DNA from: Stegostoma tigrinum
Taxonomy: Eukaryota
Reading direction: 5' to 3'
Assembly: GCF_030684315.1 (NCBI RefSeq)
Contig: NC_081373.1
Span: 29,241,989-29,305,988, forward strand
Length of the DNA: 64,000 nt
In this document: one piece after another, positions 54,053 to 64,000 of the stretch
How positions within the stretch are numbered: the stretch's first letter is position 1
Layout: each line of letters begins with the position of its first letter
Position numbers and translations under genes: made by a program
The notes under the pieces: model-generated
Told to the model about the DNA's origin: nothing
The model's input: only the letters and a program-made list of their open reading frames with translations
Databases searched by the model: none

Positions 54053-54800
54053 GACCATATGACCATAAGACATAAAAGCAGAAATTAGGCCATTTGGCAT
54101 ATCGAATCTGCTCCGCCATTCAATCATGGCTGATAAGTTCCTCAACCCCATTCTTCTGCTTTCTCCCTGTAACCCTTGATCCCCTTGATAATCAAGAACC
54201 TATCTATTTCAGGCTAAAATAAACTCAATGACCTGGCCTCCACAGCCTTCTGCGGCAGTGAATTCCACAGATTCACCACTCTCTGGCTGAAGAAGTTTCT
54301 CCTTATCTCCATTCTAAAAGGTCTCCCCTTTACTCTCAGGCGGTGCCCTCAGATCCTAGTCTCTCCTACCAATGGAAGCATCTTCCCAACATCCACTCTG
54401 TCCAAGCTATTCAGTATTCTATAAGTATCAATTAGATCCCCTCATCCCCTCCCCTCATCCTTCTAAACTCCAATGAGTATAGTCCCAGAGTCCTCAAATG
54501 TTCCTCATATGTTAAGCTTTTCATTCCTGGCACCATTCTCGTGAACCTCCTCTGAACCCAGGGCCAATATATCCTTCCTGAGATATTGAGCCCAAAACTG
54601 CACGCAGTACTCCAAATGTGGCCTGACCAGAGCCTTATAAAGCCTCAGGAGTACATCCCTGCTCTTATGTTCAAGTCCTTTCAAAATAAATGCCAATATT
54701 GTATTTGCCACCCTGACTACTGACTCAACCTGCAACTTTACGTTGAGAGAATCCTGGACAAGAACTCCCAAGTCTCTTTGCACTTTAGACTTCTGAATTT
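54053..54800 (-). mobile_element. Young CR1 (HER1-like) 3' end, inserted into a CR1/L2-group LINE (~53970-55245, +)
   Basis: ORF 54505..54783 RDLGVLV...LLRLYKALVRPHLEYCVQFW; the host LINE is collinear across the insert. Confidence 0.93.
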
Positions 54801-55311
54801 GATGCTATCCATGACAAAGCTTGATCGGCATTACATTCACAAGCATCTAATCCCTCCATCACCAACACTCAGTACCAGTAGTGTGTACTATCTACAAGAT
54901 GCACTGCAGAAATTCACCAAATTCTCCTTAGACAACCCCTTCCAAACCCATGATCACTCCACCTAGAAGGGCAAGGGCAGCATAAACCTGGGAACACCAC
55001 AAGGCGCAAGTTCCCCTCAAAGCAACTCAGCGTCCTGACAAGTAAACATATCACTGTTCCTTTACTGTTGTTCAGACAAAATTCTGAAATTCCTTCCCTA
55101 ATGGCATTGTGGATCTACCTTAAACACATGACCTGCAGCGGTTCAAGAAGGCAGCTCAGCACCACTTTTTCAAGCGCAACTAAGGACAAATAATAAATGT
55201 TGGGCAGCCAGTGATGTTTGGGTCCCACAAATCAACAGAAAAAAACACCCTAAATCAGAAACACGTCTTGAAAACTTGCAATTTTTGGACAATGTGAATT
55301 GATATAGATGT

Positions 55312-55444
55312 GTGATAATGGGAACTACAGATGCTGTAGAATCCAAGATAACAAAGTGTAGAGCTGGATGAACACAGCAGGCGGCCAAGCAGCATCTCAG
55401 AGCACAAAAGCTGACGTTTCGGGCCTAGACCCTTCATCCTCTGA
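55312..55444 (-). mobile_element. Mini-PLE ending in the hammerhead core
   Basis: 17-bp TSD tgaattgata(t/g)agatgt at 55295-55311 and 55445-55461. Confidence 0.9.
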
Positions 55445-56285
55445 TGAATTGATAGAGATGTTTGGCGGGTAGAGTTTCTACTTTGGATGCAACCCAGAAA
55501 GTACTGCCAAAAGCACTTGAAATTACATTTGTTCGGGTACTTTTCGAGTTTCTGCAAAAATTATTGTGAATACAGAATTGTCCTGAGCCAGAGCAATTGG
55601 AGGCAGGATAACAGACTGTATTTTTCTCTTTTTTTTCATTGAACATATATTTCTTAAATTTTTCACTGGTAATGCATTTATTGATGCAACTGTAAAAGGG
55701 TTCATCACCAAAAGTATTTTTTTTAAGAAGGCAGTTAAGTTTTCTACTTGTGAGTAACTGAGAGGGTGAGTTTAACCTTTCATTCCCTTAGACCAGGTGA
55801 GACTCAGGTTTCTTTCCTTTAAACATTTATTCATGCATGCATGGGAAGTGTACATATTCAAAAATGACATACAGCTCAAACCTTTATTTGATGATCAAAG
55901 GTTTTATACTATTATTGTTGCTGAAAAAAACTTCCAATCAAAAGGTTACACATTTACTCACCCCTTTCTCTACCCAACTGCATTCACATAGTTCACATTC
56001 ATCTGACCTACAGTTCATCTGTTCAGGACATGCCCTGAGTGAGGCTATGCAAATGCCTTCATGCAGGTGGTGTTCCCCAAGCTCAGTTGGACTGGCAAAG
56101 GTTTTTTACTTCCACTGGAACTCCCTGCAACTCATATGCTCCATTTTCCACATTTTCCAATGATAAAGCCAGTTGTAGTGCATGTTTGAAGATCTGTTGG
56201 GCTTCAGCTAATAGGTGCTTTTACATTGTTACATCACTAATCCCACATAACAAACAGTCTCACAGCGTATCACTCTCGTTGCCAC

Positions 56286-57906
56286 TGTAATAACCCCACA
56301 GAGGCCAGTATCCTGTTATCAAATTCCCCCTTTATTTGTGCGTGGAAATTCCTTGGCACTGATCCAGCTCCCTCAGAGCCACACCTCAGAGTCAACAGGA
56401 TGTCTGATACTCCTGTACTTACCTGTTGACCAGGGCTTCCTGATTGTACCAGATTAACTGCCCCAATCAAGGAACTCATATTCTATGAAGTCCAGAGATA
56501 ATGGGAACTGCAGATGCTGGAGAATCCAAGATAATAAAGTATGAAGCCGGTTGAACACAGTAGGCCAAGCACCATGTCAGGAGCACAAAAGCTGACATTT
56601 CGGGCCTAGACCCTCCATCAGAGAGGGGGATGGGGAGAGGGTTCTGAAATAAATAGGGAGAGAGGGGAAGGCAGACCGAGGATGGATAGAGGAGAGGATA
56701 GGTGGAGAGGAGTGTATAGGTGGGGAGGTGGGGAGGGGTTAGGTCAGTCCAGGGAGGACGGACAGGTCAAGGAGGTGGGATGAGGTTAGTAGGTAGGAAA
56801 CGGAGGTGCGGCTTGAGGGGGGAGGAGGGGATAGGTGAGAGGAAGAACAGGTTAGGGAGGCGGGGACAAGCTGGGCTGGTTTTGGGATGCAGTGGAGGAA
56901 GGGGAGATTTTGAAGCTTGTGAGGTCCACATTGATACCATTGGGCTGTAGGGTTCCCAAGCGGAATATCTGACCCCACCACCCAAGACATTTTTCCATCC
57001 CCACCCTTGTCTGCCTTCCGCAGAGACCACTCTCTCCATGAGTCCCTCGTCCGCTCCACATTCCCCTCCAATCCCACCACACCCGGCACCTTCCCCTGCA
57101 ACCGCAGGAAGTGCCACACTTGCCCCACACCTCCTCCCTCACCCCCATCCCAGGCCCCAAGACGACTTTCCATATTAGGCAGATGTTCACCTGCACATCT
57201 GCCAATGCAGTATACTCTTCCACTGTACCCAGATTGGCTTCCTCTACATTGGGGAAACCAAGCGGAGGCTTGGGGACCGCTTTGCAGAACACCTTCGCTC
57301 GGTTCGCAATAAACATCTGCACCTCCCAGTCGCGAACCATTTTAACTCCCCCTCCCATTCCTTAGAGGGCATGTCCATCATGGGCCTCCTGCAGTGCCAC
57401 AATGATGCCACCCAAAGGTTGCAGGAACAGCAACTCATATTCCACTTGGGAACCCTGCAGCCCAATGGTATCAATGTGGACTTCACCAGCTTCAAAATCT
57501 CCCCTTCCCCCTCTGCATCCCAAAACCAACCCAGCTCATCCCCGCCTCCCTAACCTGTTCTCCCTCTCACCTATCCCCTCCTCCCACCTCAAGCCGCATC
57601 TCCATTTCCTACCTACTAACCTCATCCCGCCTCCTTGACCTGTCCGTCCTCCCTGGATTGTCCTATCCCCTCCCCACCTATACACTCCTCTCCACCTATC
57701 TTCTCCTCTATCCATCTTCAGTCTGCCTCCCCCTCTGTCCCTATTTATTTCAGAACTCTCTCCCTATCCCCCTCTCTGATGAAGGGTCTAGGCCTGAAAT
57801 GTCAGCTTTTGTGCTCCTGAGATGCTTCTTGGCCTACTGTGTTCATCCAGCTTCACACGTTGTTTTCTATGAAGTCCACCTGGCTGACCTCGTTACAATC
57901 ACTACA
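56286..57906 (-). mobile_element. Probable ~240-bp solo LTR (TGTAAT...ACTACA) split by a PLE
   Basis: TG...CA ends with imperfect inverted termini and AATAAA on the minus strand (~56330); TSD unclear. Confidence 0.5.
56495..57864. mobile_element. Large tail-out inverted PLE: minus arm 56495-~56968, plus arm ~56969-57864
   Basis: PGTFPCNRRKCHTCP zinc-finger-like linker (Neptune-type) and GIY-YIG remnants; exact 14-bp TSD ttctatgaagtcca at 56481-56494 and 57865-57878. Confidence 0.95.
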
Positions 57907-60900
57907 CCCATACTGTCTACTTGCCCCAACATCAATCCCTCCTTCTGCTTTCCTGTCTATTCCATCTTGTAGCCCTTCCTTTTGGCCCTTGGTACATGCC
58001 CAAGTCGGCCAAATACTAGGTCTAATGCCTTGTGGGTCTTCCTTTCCTGGTTGGAAGCAAGATGGCTTTAAACCACCTCAGCAGGTCTGTTTTCATCGCC
58101 AAATTCTTTCCAAGTCATAAACCGTAGCATGATCAATCATATAATAACATGCTGATTTCCCTAAGCTAAACATGACTTAAGGATGATGAACGTTGATTGA
58201 AGCCATCTCCCACTATCTCCTGACTGGATTCTTAAATTGTCAATTATCAATGGATCCATCATCTTCATCAAGTTTGTTATTGTGATTTAGCTTAGATAAG
58301 CATTCCTTGTTTCTTTGTTAAAGGGAAAGGAAGGCCAATGTAATCTGGATTCAATGATTGATGTCTGGAGCTCATGTCACAATCTTAATTTGTAAAGTTC
58401 ACATCCAATCATGCACTATCTTATCACTAGCAGTTTGTTTTTTCCTGGTTTGATACTGCTGTGTGTAATTTTAGAAACATATATTTATATTCCTGTATAC
58501 CTAATGGAGAAGATCAGAAACCGTGGTAATTTCTATAAATTTTAAAAAGTCTGTAAGTTCAATTCTAATATAAGGAAGGCCAAATAAACAGTCTTTCAGT
58601 CCTGCAGCTGCAATTATAATTGTAACTTCCCAACAGTTTGTCTTCTTTTTGCATGCTCCAAGTTGGTTTAAAACAAAAATTAGTTTTCCTCATGAATATC
58701 CTTCAGTACTGTGTTTAAATTGCTTGTAACTTGTCATACAAAAAGTGCTGTTTGAAGATAAAGGTGGCATACTATTTATTTTTTCCCATATTGGCATATT
58801 CCAGTCATAAATGGTGATTTGATTAGACAGGCTGGTTCAAAATATGTTACTCTGACTCTACTGACTCCACCTTAAATACTTTTCATACTATTTTTCTTTA
58901 TGCAGCATGATAATCCATATTCTATCATTTCACTGAAATTATTGTAACCATTAAACAAGTCTCTAATCATATTAGCTTTGGTAAAAAATGAAATTCAATC
59001 ATTTTTTGAGTTATGGATGTTACTTACAATGCCAGTGAGTCATTAAAAAGAATTCCTTGGAACCTTAAGCTTTTACAGAACAAGATCTTGCTTTCTCACT
59101 CGTGACTTATAATTGTTCTTCGTCATTCTTCCTTTAACCTCTGAGTGTGATGATCTGCTCAAATTGTCTACATTTTCTTTCAGTTAATCTATTTCTATAA
59201 TTTGTTCTGAAATTCACCATATTCTATTATCTATGATCTCTGAATAATATAGACTCAGATTTATGCTCCTTAATTTGGTTTGACATTCTCCAGTTCTCTA
59301 CTCGCAGAGCACTTCACTCAATAATGTTAAAATAACATCATACATGGACTTAAAATTCTTCGGCTGTTTCATCTATGTCATCACACTTCTTACTGTGCTC
59401 CTATTCTGAGTTCCTTAGTTGTCCAAATCCAAATTTTTCTTCTTTTACTTTAATTTTGCTTGTTTTAGCAGGTATCAATATGTTTCACTTGATTTTAATT
59501 GATTTAAGGTCAGTTTCTCTTAGGATTAAATGCCAATATCTTGCTGACTTTACAGGCCACATAAACCATTTGAGCAGCAAAAAAGTAGGGCCACAAGATT
59601 GAAACCTATTCTTCAGTGCAATATCGGTCCATTTTGAACTGGTTTCGAAATATTTTCGCACACTTACGGAGTACCCCAATCCTGACTCTCATATGATTTT
59701 AAGAAAAGATCTACGAGGTTTTTGCTTATCTCTCCATGCATGGTCCAGATGCTTCAGGAGGTGGCCTGATTGTCAAATTCTTAAATGGAAAGACAAAGAC
59801 CCAGACATCAACATCACCAAGAGAAAACTATCAATTTTGCGATCTTATATCAACTTACCTTTATCTAAAATGCATGTTAACATCAATTGACTTTCTACTA
59901 AATCATATTGGTTACATTATTCTAATTCTTGTTTGCTACCCTTCCTCTGTCACCATCCTCTGGCCTTAGACACTTCCTCTCATCCAATTTTCGTTTCAAA
60001 TAATTACCATCCCATCTCATTCATGAGCCCTGGAGAAATGTTAGCCTTGTGATACCTTTAAAACCTAAAATCAAATGTTTTTGTTTGATTCCATGCAATA
60101 ACGTAACTACAAGAAACTTTACATTCTGACTTCAAATAACATGTTGTAGCAGTTGTTTATGGCCACCAATATCTTGTAAAATGGCAGAATACAATAACCC
60201 CACAATCCTGTAATTGATTTGCATTTCACTGCAACTGTCTTTCTTTATCTGGAACAGCCATAATTGGACAATTAAATCCCAACACTTAATATCACGTCTA
60301 GGTCTGCAATTTAACCTTGCATGTTTTTAAATTGACACAGGCACACACCACAATCACATATATACTTTTATATCTCTGTGCTCCCCAGAAATATGAATTC
60401 CCATGTGTTATAAACTCAAAATACAAAATCGCAAGGCCCAGGGGGAATGAAATAGAAACAAGCTAACATTTAAACCAGTTTAAATCTCATCCATTTTACA
60501 AATAGATATAAGAAAACATTTAACAACCAAGGAACTGAAATGCATACTGCTCCAGACCACAGAGGTTAACATTTAGTTAGGTTCAGCTTACAGCATATTT
60601 TTTGTCAAATGCCACCAATTTGTAATTAAAATGTCTTCTCTTTTCAATTTTAGTTAAAATGATTTTCTTCTCAATTTTTGAAGGAAAAAAAGCTTGTGTT
60701 CAAAGAGTCCTGATCTTCCACACATGCATGCGCTGGATCTTTAATCTTACTTGGGTCTTCCAAATTCCTGATCCCTTGTGCCTGTATGTGCCTGAGCTTT
60801 CTAGGTCTTCCCAAGGCTCCAGGACCAAGTGCAACTTGGTCCAAACGCACTAATTCTCCCTTGGGTGCCCAAGGTTTGAATGTGACCCAGGACCAAGCTT

Positions 60901-61185
60901 ATTAACCTGCCTTTGGGTGCCCAACGCAGGTACTACTCACCCTCCTACTCTAGGCCTCTTAAAACACCCTGAGCTCCAGGTCTGATGTTCTGATATCACC
61001 TAATGTTGCCCCCATTATGGCAGGGAAAGACAAGTGAGCATAAATAAAATCAACAAGGTCCACCACTGAAATAGTTTAATCCTTTATTCCCTCTTAGACC
61101 AGACGAGACTCATGTCTCTTTGTTTCAACATTTATTCATGCAAGCATGGGAGATGTAAATATCCAAAACTGGCATGCAGCTCAAA

Positions 61186-61354
61186 GATAATAGGAACTGC
61201 AGATGCTGGAGAATCCAAGATAATAAAGTGTGAAGCTGGATGTACACAGCAGGCCAAGCAGCATCTCAGGAGCACAAAAGCTTCATCTGATGAAGGGTCT
61301 AGGCCCGAAACGTCAGCTTTTGTGCTCCTGAGATGCTGCTTGGCCTGCTGTGTT
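61186..61354. mobile_element. Palindromic mini-PLE with hammerhead at the apex
   Basis: Exact 13-bp TSD catgcagctcaaa at 61173-61185 and 61355-61367. Confidence 0.93.
61287..61314 (+). ncRNA. Minimal hammerhead ribozyme motif, consensus core
   Basis: CTGATGA-A-GGGTCTAGGCCC-GAAACGTC; predicted cleavage after C61314. Confidence 0.75.
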
Positions 61355-61369
61355 CATGCAGCTCAAATC

Positions 61370-62140
61370 TCTATGGTCACATGGGCTGATCAAATGGAAT
61401 TCAGTCTGGATAATTGATGCACTTGTGCAGGACAAAAATGGCAGGGTTTTAAATAATGAATGGTCGGACCCCAGAAAGCACTAGGAATCAGAGGCACCTA
61501 GCTGTGCACAAAATCTCTTAAGGTATCAGATCAAGGGGGTATAAATGGTATGGTTGCATTTTATATCCAAGGTTTAGTGTTTAAGAGCAGGGAGGTTATG
61601 CTGGAACTGGATAAAACATTGGTCAGTCCACAGCTAGAGTATCGTGTACAGTTCTGAAATCCACAATAGAAGATGGATGTAATAATACTGGAGAGGTTAC
61701 AAAGCGGATTTTACAAGATGCTACTTGGGCTGGAGAGTTTCAGTTATGGACAGAGATTGGACAGACTAGGGTTGTTTTCCTCAGAACAGAAGAGATTGAG
61801 AGGTGACATGATTGAGATCTTTTGCATTACAAGGAGCATAGAGACAAGACATTAGGAAGCTTAGAGAAACAGAGGGATCTTGGGGTGAGAGATAATAGGA
61901 ACTGCGGATGCTGGAGAATCTGGGATAATAAGGTGTAGAGCTGAATGAACACAGCAGGCCAAGCAGCATCAGAGGAGCAGGAAGACTGACATTTTGGGCC
62001 TAGACCCTTCATCAGAAAATGGCAATGTACACAATACTATGAGCCAAGTGCAGGAAAATGGGATTAGAATGGTTAGGTGGCTGACCAGCATGGATTTATG
62101 GCCCAAAGGGCCTTTTTCTTACTGTGGCCTGTATGACTCA
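61370..62140 (+). mobile_element. CR1 3' portion with nested mini-PLE (~61888-62020, -)
   Basis: ORF 61673 RLGLFSSEQKRLRGDMIE. Confidence 0.85.
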
Positions 62141-63434
62141 AACCCAGATTGTCTACAGTGTTAGGGTACCACTGAATGAATACTTTCAATGATAAATCAG
62201 TGGCGCATTACATTACATCAGCAATCCATGTTGCCCATACTAGGAAACTGATTCATGTCTACTGAGTTGCCACCCCTCTGCTTTGGATGAGACTGCTATT
62301 TTGATTGCATTTTTCCCTATTTATGTAAGCATCATGTGATGTGAACATCTGTATTTACAGAGGTAAGATGTTGACTAGAACCTGGGCTAATCTCTCCCAA
62401 GGCAAGTGGCAAGTTCAGAGCCAGAGCTATCATCAGGCCACTCTTGTGAATTCCTAATGATGGGCTTAGAGTGTTATAGGCAGAGGCCTGACCTTGCTGA
62501 ATGCCATCTCAGCTACAACTGAAATTTTGCCTGAGGAGATTTGGGAAAAAAAGTAATGGGAGGGACTAAATAACTTGAATAAGAATTGAATAAAAATAAA
62601 GCTTAGTGATGGGGTTCAAACACCTGTCATAGGTTCATTTATGTATTACCTAATTAAAATATAGACAGTTTCTAAATTTGCATGTCCTCCAGGTTAATAT
62701 AATTTTTGTCATGCAAGTTAGCAGTTGTGAAGAGTTAATTAGACAGTTAAAGTTTAATTGTTTGATTACTGTAGGGTTTGCACAAGAACAATATTACAAT
62801 TTCAGAGTGTTTGATAATATTGCCTAAACTCGCTTGCCTCATGTTATTTGTGATGGTAAGCAATTAGACAAAGGGCTCTTTCAGGAAGCTGTTTCTAATT
62901 CAGCTCTGCCTAATGAATGGCCTTTATCAAGGGTTTGAAGCATTTTTACTGGCAAATTACAGGTCACTTCAGCAACGAAAGTCCCCCGTACTTTATATAT
63001 TGAGATAAATTACATAAATCACCCCTTGGTGCAAGGCAGAAAGCTTCACAATTAATCTATTCACTGCTGTATAATTAAGATCGAAAAGACTGCCATTAAA
63101 ATAAGCAAATCCATTTTGAGGTACAGTGTTACTCATCCCATTGTGTCCTTAGTACAATAGGGAAATTTAATTTGATACTGATCTGCTGTAGATATGACAT
63201 TATGAAACCACTTTGCCTTTTTTCTGACATATTTTGAAAGGCAAATTAATTTAACAATCCAAATAAAGCAGCATGACAAAGGTATTTTGCATCAATTTTA
63301 ATGGAGCATTTTCAGAGCAAAAGGGGGAAGGGCTGGCTCATATGCAGCAAATGTAATTAAAAAACTAGGATGTAATTTCACATAGCAACCTTTGCAAAAT
63401 GAAATGCATCAAATAAATAAGACAATCATAAGGA

Positions 63435-64000
63435 GAAGAACAGTTTGATTGGTAATAAAGGAACAAAAAAATCAAAGTTCTGGAAAAGCTCAGCAGATCT
63501 GGCAGCACCTGTGAAGAAAAATCAGGAATGGTAGGAGTTGCAGATGCTGGAGAATCTGAGGTAACAAGGTGTAGAGCTGGATGAACACAGCAAGCCAAGC
63601 AGCATCAGAGGAGCAGGAAGGCTGACATTTCGGGCCTGAAGGGTCTAAGCCTGAAACGTCAATCTTCCTGCTCCTCTGACGCTGCTTGGCCTGCTGTGTT
63701 CATCCAGCACTACAGCTTGTTGCCTAAGAAAAATCAAGGCTAACTTTTCAGGTCCAATGACTCTTCCTCAGAATTGATGGTAGCTTGAAAAATGTTGATT
63801 TTTATGCAGAAGATAGGGTGGGGGGAGAGGGTAAAGAGTAAACGATAGGTGGGGATACAGCCCAAGGAGAGAGAGGAGCAGTCGGGTAGACAAAGGAGTT
63901 AATAACAATGTGATTACGAGAGTGAATAGCTCTTAATAGGGACTGTTAGTGATCTAACAATAGATAGTGCGTAATGCAGGCTATGTGATAACAAGGCCTG
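63435..64000 (-). mobile_element. PLE family 2 3' region; runs off the window end
   Basis: ctggaaaagctcagcagatctggcagca...; reverse complement CTGAGGAAGAGTCATTGGACCTGAAAAGTT; purine-rich UTR follows. Confidence 0.7.
63527..63725. mobile_element. Palindromic mini-PLE (family 1) nested in a family 2 element
   Basis: Arms meet in the hammerhead stem; TSD aagaaaaatca at 63514-63524 and 63726-63736. Confidence 0.9.

Noticed and set aside
33714-63725. Recurrent ~100-bp palindromic motif as a CRISPR array or classical MITE
   Set aside because: Eukaryotic context, dispersed copies, no spacers, variable asymmetric arms, long TSDs, and identity to the PLE 3' end.

Overview
Eukaryotic, repeat-dense, apparently intronic or intergenic DNA. 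The repeat repertoire (HER1-like CR1 LINEs, HE1-like V-SINE, Deu-like SINEs, Rex1/Babar, RTE, Penelope-like elements) points to a cartilaginous fish, probably a shark; this is an inference. I found no credible host exon: the ORFs I can assign are transposon fragments, and the rest look like chance ORFs. The most notable signal is a young Neptune-type Penelope-like retroelement (PLE) family with about 14 insertions, carrying a GIY-YIG endonuclease and a minimal hammerhead ribozyme motif (CTGANGA-palindromic stem-GAAACGTC) about 100 nt from a fixed 3' end. Most copies have 11-17 bp target-site duplications (TSDs), and many are short tail-out hairpins that break near the ribozyme motif. One copy is fused to a tRNA-Ile(AAT) copy inside a perfect 15-bp TSD. 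Another produced a ~170-bp-arm fold-back that duplicates flanking DNA. Together these suggest that both ends of the staggered cut are primed independently, and that the second end can use other templates. An older, second hammerhead-bearing family shows the same architecture. Coordinates of old repeats are approximate and were read by eye.
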